Shown here: one piece after another, positions 53,732 through 64,000 of the stretch
How the letters are laid out: each line of letters starts with the position of its first letter
How positions within the stretch are numbered: the first letter of the stretch is position 1
Source of the DNA: Terriglobia bacterium
GTDB taxonomy: Bacteria > Acidobacteriota > Terriglobia > 2-12-FULL-54-10
Direction: 5' to 3'
Assembly (NCBI GenBank): GCA_963666975.2
Contig: CAXVYR010000004.1
Coordinates: 2,112,001 to 2,176,000 of the forward strand
Length of the DNA stretch: 64,000 nucleotides
Program-made: the position numbers and the translations under genes
The notes under the pieces: model-generated
What the model was told of the DNA's origin: nothing
Database searches by the model: none
What the model saw: the letters and a program-made list of their open reading frames with translations, nothing else

Positions 53732-55150
53732 CTATACAATTCCGATCAGGGGCCAATACACCGTTACCAGCAAGAACAGAAGAACCCAGTCCACGACCAG
53801 GAAGAATGCAGCAAACTTCAACACGTCCCGGGAGCCATAACAGCCAAATGTATAGCCGGCAATCAATACGAGCGACTGATAGATGAAAAGCTTTCCGCTG
53901 GCGGAAAAACTCCAGATCATACCCACCGCCAGCGGATTCAAGTTATTGTTCACGGCATAATCCATCACCACCGGCAAGGTGACGGCGATGTTGGCGGTCT
54001 GGGAGGCCAGCAGGAGGTGCGAGACAAAAGCAAGCCAATAGAGGACCAGCGCGGAATGCGATACTTCCTGCAAATAGGGAGCTATGTGCCGGAACACGCC
54101 ATCGGCCATCAGCTGCAGCATCTGTGTATCGCGCAACGCGCCGCCCATGCTGATCGTCGCGCCCATGAAGATGAAGATGAAGAAGTTGATTTTTTTTGTA
54201 TTCTCCGCGGTCAAGACCCCGATGCCGGGCAGAGTCGCCGCCAGACCGACTCCCAGCCCCACCATCGCCGGGCTGATGTGGTGCAGCATATCCGTGGCCC
54301 AGATCGCGATGGCGATTGAGGTCAGAATAGCGGCCCGCTTTTCCTTCCCGCTCCAGGGGCCCAGAAGCTGCAACTGCTCCCGCAGGAACTCCCTTCCTCC
54401 GGGCAACTCCTTTTTCTCCGGAGGGTACAGACGCAGCACCAGCCACCAGACCGCAACCGTATAAAAGATATCCAGCGGCAAATACGCAATGAACCACTGG
54501 CTCCAGTACACGGGCACATTGCCGTGTTCAATGATTAAAGACCGCGCCAGGATGGCGGGCGTGCTGCCGATGATGCACTTGTCAAATAGGGTGGCGCAAA
54601 AGACAACCGCCAGCATCATGCCTTTGGCGACATTGCTCTTCCGGTCCAATCCAAAGCTGGATACCACGCCCATGACGATCGTGCCGAGCAAAATCACACG
54701 GGGCGGCCCCGCCGGAACCAGGAAGGTCAGCACAAAATCAGTGAGGATAAAGGCGAGCAGGATGTTTGAAAAAGAGGTGCCCACACGGGAGAGAATCGTA
54801 AAGGCGAGCCGCCGGGCCAGTCCGCTTTCGGTTACCATGGCGGCGATGAAAAGCGCTCCCAGCAGGAACCAGGGCGCCTCGCTGGTGAAGCCGCTAAACG
54901 CGATGCGGGAGGGAACCACCTGGAGAGCCCAGAACAGCCAGCAGCCGAGCAAGCCCGTCATGGCATGGGGAATCACCTCCCCGATCCAGAAGATCACCAT
55001 GAAACAGGTGATCGCCAGGGCGTGCTGGGGGCGCGGATCCAGCGGCAACGGCGCAAACCATAAAACTGCAAGCGTGAGAACGCCCAGGGCCGCCCCAGCA
55101 AGCTTTCCCTTCGGCATCGGAACCGATTCGTTGACTGCTTCGCCGGTCAC
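53732..55150 (-). CDS. SLC13/DASS-family anion/dicarboxylate transporter
   Basis: Many TM segments; AFSGF, ESGLARRLA, WSGKEKRA motifs. Confidence 0.88.
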   Translation of the reverse strand: MTGEAVNESVPMPKGKLAGAALGVLTLAVLWFAPLPLDPRPQHALAITCFMVIFWIGEVIPHAMTGLLGCWLFWALQVVPSRIAFSGFTSEAPWFLLGALFIAAMVTESGLARRLAFTILSRVGTSFSNILLAFILTDFVLTFLVPAGPPRVILLGTIVMGVVSSFGLDRKSNVAKGMMLAVVFCATLFDKCIIGSTPAILARSLIIEHGNVPVYWSQWFIAYLPLDIFYTVAVWWLVLRLYPPEKKELPGGREFLREQLQLLGPWSGKEKRAAILTSIAIAIWATDMLHHISPAMVGLGVGLAATLPGIGVLTAENTKKINFFIFIFMGATISMGGALRDTQMLQLMADGVFRHIAPYLQEVSHSALVLYWLAFVSHLLLASQTANIAVTLPVVMDYAVNNNLNPLAVGMIWSFSASGKLFIYQSLVLIAGYTFGCYGSRDVLKFAAFFLVVDWVLLFLLVTVYWPLIGIV

Positions 55151-55437
55151 AGGAATACTCCTCCGCAGTTCTCGCTCCGTATGTTGGAAACAGTGAGGGC
55201 GGGACCACCTGCCAGCTACTCTTCAATCGCAGGGCTTTCTTCGTCCAGAAACCGCTTGCTGCAGTATGGGCAGGCCAGGAGAATCTTTTTATGGCGCAAC
55301 TCCTCATAGTGGCAGTAAAAACGCCCCTGGCATCCCGGACAAGTAACCCAAAAAATTCTGGCCATTCTAAAAAGACCGTTCTTCAGAAAATCCGCCAGAA
55401 GGAAGTCCGCAGGCCCAAATGGCGGGAAGGGGCGCGG

Positions 55438-56928
55438 CTAGACACTCCGTCGGGAATCGGAGAATGTCGGCAGCGCATCCAGTTGTTTGGAGTCCACATA
55501 ATTCTCCAGAGGAAATTTCTGGAGAGCTTGCGCCGGAACCCTTACACGGGCCGCAAAGGGCCTTTTTACCGGCATCGTGGCGTCGATCAACAGCTTGTCG
55601 GTGAGCAAATCGTCGCTCTGGGAAGGGTCCAGAGTGTTTCCTTTGACGTTCTTGATGATATCCACCGCTTCGCGTGCCTGCGTCCGGGTGGCGACGGCGA
55701 ACATGACTTCCTGTTCATTAAACGGATCAATGTCGGCATCGACCACAATGATGTTTTTGATAAAGTCCACCTGCCCAAAGGCAGCCAGCGCGGCCTGCTT
55801 GGTTTCCCCCGGCACCTTCTTGTCAATCGAGATGTAGCAGTTGAAGCGGCCGCTCCCGGAAAGAGCGAAATGCACCGCCTTGACCGTGGGCACGATGCCC
55901 TTGATGGTGTTATAAATCGCTCCTTCCTTCGGGATTCCCCCCAGAATCCAATTGTCGCGGTGGCCCACGAAGGCGTGCTGCAGGATGGCTTGGCGGCGGT
56001 GGGTGATGGCGGTCACCTGGATCACGGGCCGGACTCGCTGGGGGCCGTAGTAGCCGGTGAATTCCCCGAAAGGCGCTTCCACTTCGCGCTCATTGGGCAA
56101 AATCTCTCCCTCCACGATCATTTCCGCATCGGCGGGCACCAGAATCTCTTCGCCCCAGGTCTCGGAAGCAACCAGCCGCAGTGGCTGGCCCGTAATCCCG
56201 CCGATGACCGCGTAGTCATCCTTGCCAAAGGCTTCCACATTCAACGCTCCCAGATAAAAGCCGGGGTGGTGGCTGGCGACGATCGCCACGGGGGTGGGCC
56301 GGTTCCGCGATTCGTACTGGCGGAAAATCTGCCAGTTGTGCCGGGGAGACATGTGGATGCCCAGCTTCCGCGGCCCTTTGTACATGGTCCGCAAGAAGGC
56401 AATGTTGTAGAAGCCCTCCTCCGGATGCTTCATCACCGGAGTCATGTTGATATAAGGGGCGGGGTCCATTTCATGATGGCGCACGATCGGGAAGTTGCGC
56501 AGGTCGCACTCCTCACCCCGCGCGACCACTTCTTTGACCGGGGCGTGGGACGGCTCAATGCGAACCGGCGGCAGCGGAGATTCCAGCCGGCGGGCATATT
56601 CCAGGCTCAATTCCATGCCGGACTGCTCACGCTTCAGTCCCAAGGCCAGCGCGCACCGTTCCCGGCAGGCGTAAACATTGCTCAGCAACGGAAAGGGCAG
56701 GTCGTCGCCCCGCATGCCTTTCGTCTTTTCAAACCACACCAGCGGAAACTTCCCCAAGTCCTCCAGATGTTTCAGCACCGCCGTGACCTCGAACTTTGCG
56801 GGGTCCACCGGCCGACTGACCCGGATCATCTCGCTGGGAAAATTCTTTTCGAGCGAGCCCAAAAACTTGCGCAGAGACAGCTCGGCGACAGCCGCGCCGC
56901 TTTTGGATTTAAGAACGGTAGCACCCAT
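55438..56928 (-). CDS. UbiD-family (prFMN) decarboxylase
   Basis: VPADAEMIVEG, EAPFGEFTGYY, VVDADID, LDPS. Confidence 0.92.
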   Translation of the reverse strand: MGATVLKSKSGAAVAELSLRKFLGSLEKNFPSEMIRVSRPVDPAKFEVTAVLKHLEDLGKFPLVWFEKTKGMRGDDLPFPLLSNVYACRERCALALGLKREQSGMELSLEYARRLESPLPPVRIEPSHAPVKEVVARGEECDLRNFPIVRHHEMDPAPYINMTPVMKHPEEGFYNIAFLRTMYKGPRKLGIHMSPRHNWQIFRQYESRNRPTPVAIVASHHPGFYLGALNVEAFGKDDYAVIGGITGQPLRLVASETWGEEILVPADAEMIVEGEILPNEREVEAPFGEFTGYYGPQRVRPVIQVTAITHRRQAILQHAFVGHRDNWILGGIPKEGAIYNTIKGIVPTVKAVHFALSGSGRFNCYISIDKKVPGETKQAALAAFGQVDFIKNIIVVDADIDPFNEQEVMFAVATRTQAREAVDIIKNVKGNTLDPSQSDDLLTDKLLIDATMPVKRPFAARVRVPAQALQKFPLENYVDSKQLDALPTFSDSRRSV

Positions 56929-57045
56929 AGGAAATCCTTTCTCCGTATCAGGCCCCTGCATCCATTATTCCGGACAAAAAGGATACCTCAGCCGCAGGAT
57001 TCCCGCAAACCCCCTTCTTGCTTTCTTCTGAGCTGAAGCGGCGGG

Positions 57046-58110
57046 TTATTGCTGGGTTTTGAGTTTTTGAAGCGATTCGAGATAAGGGGCCCTGGCCACT
57101 CCCCGCTCGGTGATGATGGCGGAAACGTAGGAGTGAGGCGTAACGTCAAAGGCAGGGTTCAAGACGGCAATCCCCTCCGGCGCGATCCGCACGCCCTGGA
57201 TGGAAGTCACCTCAGAGCCGGAGCGCTGTTCGATGGGGATCGACTCGCCGGAAGCAATATCCAGGTCCACGGTGGAAAGCGGCGCGGCTACATAAAAAGG
57301 AACTTTGTTTTCCTTGGCCAAAACCGCCACCGAGTATGTTCCGATCTTGTTCGCCACATCGCCATTGGCGGCGATGCGATCGGCTCCCACCACAACGCAC
57401 CCGACTCGTCCGGAATGCAGGAAGTGGCCCGCCATGTTGTCGGAGATCAGCGTGGTTGGAATCCCGTCCTTCTGGAGTTCCCAAGCAGTCAGCCGGGCGC
57501 CTTGCAGGAAGGGGCGGGTCTCGAGCGACAGCACATCCACGTTCTTGCCCTCGGCTATCGCGGAACGGATCACGCCCAAGGCCGTCCCATAACCCGCCGT
57601 AGCCAGCGCACCGGCGTTACAGTAGGTCATCACCGTTTTCCCGGCTGGTATCAGCGAGGCTCCATGCCCGCCCAGGGCTTTGTTCGCTTCAATGTCTTCT
57701 TCTAAGATTAGTTGCGCCTCCTGTTCCAGCTTTGTCCGGGCTGTCTCGATGCTCGCCTCCTGTTTCATCAGGCCGTCAAACAACTCGCTCATGCGCCTGA
57801 TCGCCCAGAAGAGGTTGACCGCCGTGGGGCGGGTGGCAGCCAGGGTCTCGGTGATCTGCCGGAATTCGGCTTTCAAAGCATCCCTGTCTGTGGCCTGGGA
57901 TTGCCGGACGCCCAGAGCAATCCCCATAGCCGCCGTCACCCCGATGGCGGGAGCGCCGCGCACCGCCATGGACCGGATGGCCTCGGCCACCTCCTGGTAA
58001 GTGCGGCACAGTAGATACTCTTCCTGGAGCGGCAACAGGCGCTGGTCGATCAGCAGGACGCCTTCCGGGGTCCATTCGATGGTCTTCACCGTGTTTGCGG
58101 TTGCTTTCAA
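57046..58110 (-). CDS. mtnA: S-methyl-5-thioribose-1-phosphate isomerase
   Basis: [35 protein letters not shown]; start uncertain. Confidence 0.95.
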   Translation of the reverse strand: MKATANTVKTIEWTPEGVLLIDQRLLPLQEEYLLCRTYQEVAEAIRSMAVRGAPAIGVTAAMGIALGVRQSQATDRDALKAEFRQITETLAATRPTAVNLFWAIRRMSELFDGLMKQEASIETARTKLEQEAQLILEEDIEANKALGGHGASLIPAGKTVMTYCNAGALATAGYGTALGVIRSAIAEGKNVDVLSLETRPFLQGARLTAWELQKDGIPTTLISDNMAGHFLHSGRVGCVVVGADRIAANGDVANKIGTYSVAVLAKENKVPFYVAAPLSTVDLDIASGESIPIEQRSGSEVTSIQGVRIAPEGIAVLNPAFDVTPHSYVSAIITERGVARAPYLESLQKLKTQQ

Positions 58111-58195
58111 GGAATCACCGATCTTTTGACCCTGCCCACTCTTCTGCCCCGCGAATTCTTCCTGTTCCTATCCGCTCTTCGGGTCTGGCTGGCCC

Positions 58196-59065
58196 TCATC
58201 CGCTCAGGTCGCGGAAGCCGTCCGTGGAGATGTACATCGAGACAAACAGGCAAGCATTGTACGCCAGATGCATTAGAAAAGGCGGCAGCAAGGAGCCGGT
58301 TTTCCCCCGGCAATAGGAAAACACACCTCCCACAACGAGGATGGTGGCGATTTCAGGCCATCCACCCCACAATTGCGGGGCGTGAATGGCGGCGAACAGC
58401 AGCGCGGTTAAAACTACCGCTATCCAAAATCCCCAAAGCTTCTCAAATACGGGATAAAAGAACCCCCGGAAGATCAGTTCCTCCACAAAGGGAGCCACAC
58501 AGATCCCCAAAACAACCAGCATATAGGCAGCGTCGGGACTGGAAAGCCACTTTTCAATGGGCAGTGGTTTCTCGGAGGGGAATAAGTTGAATTGGTCGAA
58601 AGTCCAGTCCAGGATCGGCGCCAGGAAGGCTAATGCTGCGCCGCCGAACAGATAGGCAATCCCGTGCTGCGGTCCGCGCACCCACCGGAGGGCCTGCCAA
58701 AACGGCCGGCGATACTTCGTGGTGATGATGAAGTAGATGAACAGAAGCCACGAAAGCTCCAACCCCACCTGCATCGAAATCACAAAAGGAGTCTGCCTGG
58801 AAGCTTCCTCCCCGGGTGGAAAGAATGAGGAGGCCGCCAAAACCACAAACAGAAAAGAAAGCACGGCAAATAAGACGAAAGCGCCCAGGTCGGCGAGCGA
58901 CCAGGGCGGCTCCATGCCAGAAGTGGGGCTGGAAACCGGACTAGAAGCGGGAGTTACAGGTGCAGTCTCGGAGGGCCACAAAGGAAGCTGCGAACCGGCC
59001 TGATCGGCCGGTTGTTGTTCGTTCCGTGTGCCGGGCGGCTCGCGCCGCAACTCATCCATTGCCAT
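58196..59065 (-). CDS. CPBP (CAAX protease/Abi) intramembrane metalloprotease
   Basis: EELIFRG, FAAIH, HLAYN. Confidence 0.9.
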   Translation of the reverse strand: MAMDELRREPPGTRNEQQPADQAGSQLPLWPSETAPVTPASSPVSSPTSGMEPPWSLADLGAFVLFAVLSFLFVVLAASSFFPPGEEASRQTPFVISMQVGLELSWLLFIYFIITTKYRRPFWQALRWVRGPQHGIAYLFGGAALAFLAPILDWTFDQFNLFPSEKPLPIEKWLSSPDAAYMLVVLGICVAPFVEELIFRGFFYPVFEKLWGFWIAVVLTALLFAAIHAPQLWGGWPEIATILVVGGVFSYCRGKTGSLLPPFLMHLAYNACLFVSMYISTDGFRDLSG

Positions 59066-60046
59066 TTAATCCTGTTCAATCAGGGCCGCCGCCAGCAGCG
59101 GCAACAGGATTTCGTGATGACCGGTAAGGGCAATTCCCTGGCCTCCATCGAGGGTCGGCCGCCGCACCACATTTTCCGACGGCCGGTACTGCTGTAAAAA
59201 GTCCATGTTCACGGTAGTGAATTCCCGCAACGGGTGGCCCAGGTTGCGCACCACAGAGACTGCCTTCAGGAATACCTCCGGCAGGATCACGGCGGAGCCT
59301 ACGTTCAGGTAAACGCCGCCGGAGTTCAGCTCCCGAACCAAGCTGGCAAACAACGAAAAATCTCGGAAGCTGGTCCCGCCGATGGCCCGGCCATCGGCCA
59401 GCGGATGGTTGTGCGGCGTGTCGGTGCCCAGGGCCACATGGACCGTGACGGGAATCTTCCGGCGATAGGCATGGATCAGCAGGCTCGCATCTGCGAACGC
59501 CGCTTTTCCGGGAGATGATCCCGCCGGTTCCTGACAGAGACCTTCCAGGAACCGGCCCAGTCCCTCGCCCATCCCGATCTCGTCGCGATCGGCGGCCGAG
59601 ATTGCCTGGTTCATCCATGCGCCGGTCTCCTCCGCCATGCCAAACCGTCCTTCGGGCAGCGCGGCGTCTACGTCCTCCGAAGTAGCCCCAGCCAGAGCGA
59701 CCTCAAAGTCATGAATGGCCGCAGCCCCGTTCATGACGATGCTAGAGACAAACCCCCGCTCCATCAGGTCAATCAGCACCGGACTTAGTCCGACCTTAAT
59801 GACGTGGCCGCCCAGTCCCCACAGGATCGGCTTCCCTTTTTTTCGGGCACTGAGAATTGCTTCGACGGCGGCGCGAAAACTTTTGCCGGCCAGAATCTGC
59901 GGCAGCGAATCGACCAGCGCCCCGACGCCTTGCCCTTTCCGGTAGGGGCGCGCGAACTGGCTTGCCTGGACCTTCGCAGGCCGTTTGCCCAAAGCTATTG
60001 TCCGCAAGCCGGTCCGGTCCAGCGGGCCTGTATCATAAATACTCAT
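59066..60046 (-). CDS. Deoxyhypusine-synthase-like conserved protein
   Basis: GGHVIKVGL, GRFGMAEETG, GSAVILPEVFLKA, GHHEI. Confidence 0.75.
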   Translation of the reverse strand: MSIYDTGPLDRTGLRTIALGKRPAKVQASQFARPYRKGQGVGALVDSLPQILAGKSFRAAVEAILSARKKGKPILWGLGGHVIKVGLSPVLIDLMERGFVSSIVMNGAAAIHDFEVALAGATSEDVDAALPEGRFGMAEETGAWMNQAISAADRDEIGMGEGLGRFLEGLCQEPAGSSPGKAAFADASLLIHAYRRKIPVTVHVALGTDTPHNHPLADGRAIGGTSFRDFSLFASLVRELNSGGVYLNVGSAVILPEVFLKAVSVVRNLGHPLREFTTVNMDFLQQYRPSENVVRRPTLDGGQGIALTGHHEILLPLLAAALIEQD

Positions 60047-60275
60047 AGCTACTCATGAACACCTGCGGCCAGAAGAATCGTTTCCGGTCCCTCGCGGGCG
60101 GGTCCGGACGTGAGCGGCGCTCAATTGCTTATTGTAAACGGATTCGGTGGTTGGGGAACATTCCCGAAATATTACGGGCAGTCTATTCATTGCGGGGAAC
60201 AAGCAGATGGCAGGCACGGTCTCCCCGGCTTTGGAGCGGGACTATTGATCGAGAGGGTCATTGGATCGCTTTTTG

Positions 60276-63086
60276 TTACCGGGAGCGCCCTCCGTTCATC
60301 CCCGAACGCGCCGGAAGAACCTTGGCGAGGGCCTGGCCCGTGAAGGAACGACGGGAGCGCATCACCTGTTCCGGAGTTCCCTGGGCTACCAGCTTCCCCC
60401 CGGCTTCCCCTCCCTCGGGTCCGAGATCAATCACCCAGTCCGCCGTCTTGATTACATCCAGATTGTGCTCGATGATGATGACGGTGTTCCCCAACTCTGT
60501 CAAGCGGTTCAACACCTCCAGGAGCTTCCGCACGTCGTCATAGTGAAGGCCTGTGGTAGGCTCGTCCAGGATGTACAAGGTGCGGCCCGTCTGGCGTTTG
60601 CTCAACTCGCGCGCCAGCTTGATGCGCTGGGCCTCTCCCCCGGATAGCGTTGTCGAGGACTGCCCCAGGTGCAGGTAGCCGAGGCCCACCTCCTCCAGCG
60701 TTTTCAGCTTCTGCATCACCTGAGGGATGTTTTCGAGCACCGGCAGGACGTCCTGCACCGTGCTCTCCAGCATGTCTGCGATAGAGTGCCCCTTGTAGTT
60801 GACCGCCAGCGTCTCGGAATTGTAACGGCGTCCCCGGCAGATTTCGCAGGTGACGTAAACGTCGGGCAGGAAGTTCATCTCGATGCGCCGCTGCCCGTCT
60901 CCCTGGCAGGCCTCGCACCTTCCGCCGCGGACGTTGAAGCTGAAGCGCCCGGGGCGATAGCCGCGTTCGCGGGACTCCGGCAACAGGGCGAACCATTCCC
61001 GGATAGGAGTAAAAACGCCGGTGTAGGTAGCGGGGTTGGACCGTGGCGTGCGCCCGATGGGCGATTGATCGATGCAGATGACCTTGTCGATCAACTCGGC
61101 GCCTTGCAGGCGGCTGTGCGCTCCCGGCTTTTCCATCGCCCGGTAAATTTTGCGGGCCATGGCGCGGTAGAGAATGTCATTCACCAGCGTCGATTTGCCG
61201 GAGCCGGAGACTCCCGTGACCACGGTGAGCAACCCGATGGGGAACCCGGCCTCTATGCTTTTCAGGTTGTTGGCGCGAGCGCCCAATACCCGAATGAACT
61301 TTCCGTTCGGCTTTCGGCGCAATGCTGGAACAGGGATGGCAAGCTTCCCGGCCAGGTAACGGCCCGTCAAGGAAGCCTCGCTGGCAGCGATCTCGGCGGG
61401 CGTGCCGGCAGCCACCAGATAACCCCCTTTGCGTCCGGCTCCCGGCCCCAGGTCCACCACGTAATCGGCACGGCGAATAGTCTCCTCGTCGTGCTCCACT
61501 ACAAGCACGGTATTGCCCAGATCGCGCAGATTTTCGAGTGTTGCCAGCAACCGGGCGTTGTCGCGCTGGTGCAGGCCGATGGAAGGCTCGTCCAAAACGT
61601 AGAGCACGCCTCGCAATTTGGAGCCGATCTGCGTGGCCAGGCGGATACGCTGCGCCTCCCCGCCCGAGAGCGTGGTTGCGGAGCGGTCCAGCGTCAAATA
61701 GCCGATGCCCACGTCCATCAAAAATTGCAACCGCTCCAATATCTCGCCCACAACGCGCCCGGCGATTTTCTCCTCCCGGCCCATCAGGCTCAGCCCCTCC
61801 AGTATCTGGACCACTTTGCTGACAGGCTCCGCAGTGAGGTCGGCGATGGAGAATTGCTTCACCCGTACGGCCAGACTTTCCGGACGCAGCCGCCGCCCCT
61901 GGCAATTTTCGCAAGCTACAGCCGACATATATTGCGTCAGCCATTCCCGGTATCCCTCCGAACTGCTCTCTTCATAAACCTGCCGGAGACTAGGGATGAT
62001 GCCGGGAAATTTTTTCCGGGAGCGCTGCCCGTTCGATTGCTTGCCGTAGAGAATCTGGTTTTGCACCCGCGTCGGCAAATCACCAAAGGGAGTTCCGAGA
62101 TCGACGCGATGCTCCTCTGCTGCCTCGGCCAGCGCCCGCCGCAGAACCAGCGAACCGGAGCCGGGCCCCAATCCTCCCTCGAGCAGCGGCTTGCCCCAGT
62201 CCACAATCAGCCGGGCGGGATCGAAGTCCCACTTGTTGCCGAGTCCCTGGCAGGAGGCGCACGCTCCGTATTTGCTGTTGAAGGAGAAGGAGCGAGGCTC
62301 AAATGCGGGGACGCTGGTGCCGCAATCCGCGCAAGCCAGCGATTCCGAATAGAGGCGCTCTTCCCCATCCACCACGGCCACCTGTACCAGCCCTTTGGCC
62401 AGCTTCATGGCGGTGGCGACGGAGGCTTCCACCCGCTTCTCCACGCCGGGCCTCACCAGCAGACGGTCCACTACAACCTCAATGGTATGGTTCTTGCGCT
62501 TGTCGAGACGAATCGGCTCCTCCAGGCTGTGCAGCGCGCCGTCGATGCGCGCGCGGAGGAAACCCTCGCGCGCGAGTTTTTCCATCTCCTTCTTGAACTC
62601 TCCTTTGCGGCCCCGAACCAGGGGAGCCAGGATCATGATGCGGTCGCTGCCTTCGAGCGCGAGGACCTGCTCGACGATTTGGTGAACGGACTGGCGCGTG
62701 ACGGGCTTCCGGCAGTTGGGACAATGTGGAACGCCGATGGAGGAATAGAGCAGCCGCAGGTAGTCGTAAATCTCCGTAATGGTGCCCACCGTCGAGCGCG
62801 GGCTGCGGGCGGTGGTTTTCTGTTCAATGGAGATGGCGGGGCTCAGGCCCTCTATCGAGTCCACATCGGGCCGCTCCACCTGGTCCAGAAACTGCCGCGC
62901 ATAGGCCGAGAGCGTCTCGACGTAGCGGCGCTGGCCCTCGGCGTAGATGGTGTCAAACGCCAGGCTGGATTTCCCGGAGCCGCTCAGGCCGGTGACGACA
63001 GTGAGCGCGTGACGGGGAATCTCCACGGAGATGTTTTTCAGGTTGTGCTGCCGCGCCCCGCGAACAGTGATCTTCTCAATCGCCAT
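60276..63086 (-). CDS. uvrA: Excinuclease ABC subunit A
   Basis: [14 protein letters not shown], two LSGGEAQR motifs, Zn fingers; start re-set to ATG 63086. Confidence 0.98.
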   Translation of the reverse strand: MAIEKITVRGARQHNLKNISVEIPRHALTVVTGLSGSGKSSLAFDTIYAEGQRRYVETLSAYARQFLDQVERPDVDSIEGLSPAISIEQKTTARSPRSTVGTITEIYDYLRLLYSSIGVPHCPNCRKPVTRQSVHQIVEQVLALEGSDRIMILAPLVRGRKGEFKKEMEKLAREGFLRARIDGALHSLEEPIRLDKRKNHTIEVVVDRLLVRPGVEKRVEASVATAMKLAKGLVQVAVVDGEERLYSESLACADCGTSVPAFEPRSFSFNSKYGACASCQGLGNKWDFDPARLIVDWGKPLLEGGLGPGSGSLVLRRALAEAAEEHRVDLGTPFGDLPTRVQNQILYGKQSNGQRSRKKFPGIIPSLRQVYEESSSEGYREWLTQYMSAVACENCQGRRLRPESLAVRVKQFSIADLTAEPVSKVVQILEGLSLMGREEKIAGRVVGEILERLQFLMDVGIGYLTLDRSATTLSGGEAQRIRLATQIGSKLRGVLYVLDEPSIGLHQRDNARLLATLENLRDLGNTVLVVEHDEETIRRADYVVDLGPGAGRKGGYLVAAGTPAEIAASEASLTGRYLAGKLAIPVPALRRKPNGKFIRVLGARANNLKSIEAGFPIGLLTVVTGVSGSGKSTLVNDILYRAMARKIYRAMEKPGAHSRLQGAELIDKVICIDQSPIGRTPRSNPATYTGVFTPIREWFALLPESRERGYRPGRFSFNVRGGRCEACQGDGQRRIEMNFLPDVYVTCEICRGRRYNSETLAVNYKGHSIADMLESTVQDVLPVLENIPQVMQKLKTLEEVGLGYLHLGQSSTTLSGGEAQRIKLARELSKRQTGRTLYILDEPTTGLHYDDVRKLLEVLNRLTELGNTVIIIEHNLDVIKTADWVIDLGPEGGEAGGKLVAQGTPEQVMRSRRSFTGQALAKVLPARSGMNGGRSR

Positions 63087-63254
63087 TAGATTTCCACACT
63101 CAGTCGTTCCGGCAAGATAGAAGCTACGGAAAGCCCCATGGAAGACAGGACAACCAATTATCATAGCCCTTGTGTCAGGAGAGGGTCAAACCACTGCTTG
63201 TCCAACCGCTTGTCCAGCCCATTACTAATCGCGTGCTCTTCAACAAATGGGGCG

Positions 63255-63359
63255 GTCCTGAATTTGAAGGACGTGCGAGGCAAGGCCAAGGCTTACCAAG
63301 TCCGGCAGTTGCTTCAGATCGTGGAGCGGTATAACCTGTCGCTAGGTGGTGAGGAATGA
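63255..63359 (+). pseudogene. C-terminal remnant of a HicA-type toxin
   Basis: LNLKDVRGKAKAYQVRQLL..VERYNL; no GSH motif upstream; coupled to hicB by ATGA. Confidence 0.65.
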
Positions 63360-63586
63360 GGGACTACCATATCAACATTTTCTTCAGTGAGGAAGACGGC
63401 GGCTACATTGCCGACATCCCTGATCTGGCGCACTGCGCGGCTTTCGGCGAGACGCCGGAACAGGCTCTGGGCGAAGTGCTCAAGGCCAAGGCGGTTTGGA
63501 TCGAGGCCGCCAGGGCGGAAGGCAAGCCAGTGCCCCCGCCTTCTTATCGGCCAGCTATTTATCAGGTAACTCCGGTCCACGCCTAG
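63356..63586 (+). CDS. hicB: HicB-family antitoxin
   Basis: EEDGGYIADIPDL..CAAFGETPEQAL...GKPVPPP. Confidence 0.9.
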   Translation: MRDYHINIFFSEEDGGYIADIPDLAHCAAFGETPEQALGEVLKAKAVWIEAARAEGKPVPPPSYRPAIYQVTPVHA

Positions 63587-63661
63587 CCCCTCGCCGCCAG
63601 CGCTTTCGTAGCCACCGCCCGCCAAGGCGGTTTGGGCGGGGTGGGCTCTTTGGGGGAACCC

Positions 63662-64000
63662 ATGCCAGGAATTGACGATCAGATAGAGGCAGTAAAGAAA
63701 CAGTATCCGAATGAATCCGATTCAACCTTCAATTTGATTCTTCGTGTTGCAGGCCAATTCAACGTATTGGCAGGCGTAGTCAACACAATCAAACAGCAGT
63801 TCTCAGGTGCCGCGGCAACCGATAAGGTAATGGCGCTTCTGAATGTGTTTGAGCAAACGATTCGAAGGCTGGAGCGGAACGTTGAGCGACTGTCGGCGAA
63901 ACTCGAATCTCCTAAATTCGTCGAGACGTTAACGGTGGCTGTCAATGAAACGATCCGCACATCTGACCGGAATAAGATTGAACGATTTGCGGTTGTTTTA
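63662..64000 (+). CDS. Hypothetical protein, partial (runs off the window)
   Basis: Open frame from ATG 63662 (MPGIDDQIEAVKKQYP...) to the window end. Confidence 0.6.
   Translation, partial: MPGIDDQIEAVKKQYPNESDSTFNLILRVAGQFNVLAGVVNTIKQQFSGAAATDKVMALLNVFEQTIRRLERNVERLSAKLESPKFVETLTVAVNETIRTSDRNKIERFAVVL

Noticed and set aside
60669-63089. Long antisense ORFs (806 aa here; also 55291-57036, 51749-53197, 47882-49375, 27980-29350, 18885-20357)
   Set aside because: Shadow frames opposite well-supported genes in high-GC DNA, with no recognisable motifs

Overview
A 64 kb bacterial window, GC-rich in most coding regions. The gene content (Oar-type TonB receptor, many secreted amidohydrolase_3 paralogs, REP/MITE repeats) suggests Acidobacteriota, but that is inference. 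About 1-22 kb is a decayed mobile/accessory zone: two IS3-type elements, four near-identical IS256 elements, an IS5/IS903-type pseudogene, an ISL3-like transposase, phage-like and possibly casposon-like relics, and an aberrant tRNA-like gene. About 23-57 kb is rich in periplasmic and catabolic genes: four secreted amidohydrolase_3 proteins, cytochrome c-Vgb, a SoxCD-like pair, a cupin dioxygenase, a TonB receptor, a ferritin-like protein, a DASS transporter and UbiD, mixed with nfi, icd and mdh. The window ends with mtnA, uvrA and hicB. The main finding is two paralogous exported beta-propeller genes (38361-40592 on +, 51047-53281 on -). Each is split by an in-frame TGA at the same mid-blade position (VPN-TGA-VAHPQ) and followed by an identical 17-nt hairpin whose position and loop fit a bacterial SECIS. 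This points to a probably unannotated family of about 743-aa selenoprotein (or programmed-readthrough) beta-propellers, linked to atypical secreted amidohydrolases. No sel machinery genes are in this window, so selenocysteine decoding is inferred and not shown.
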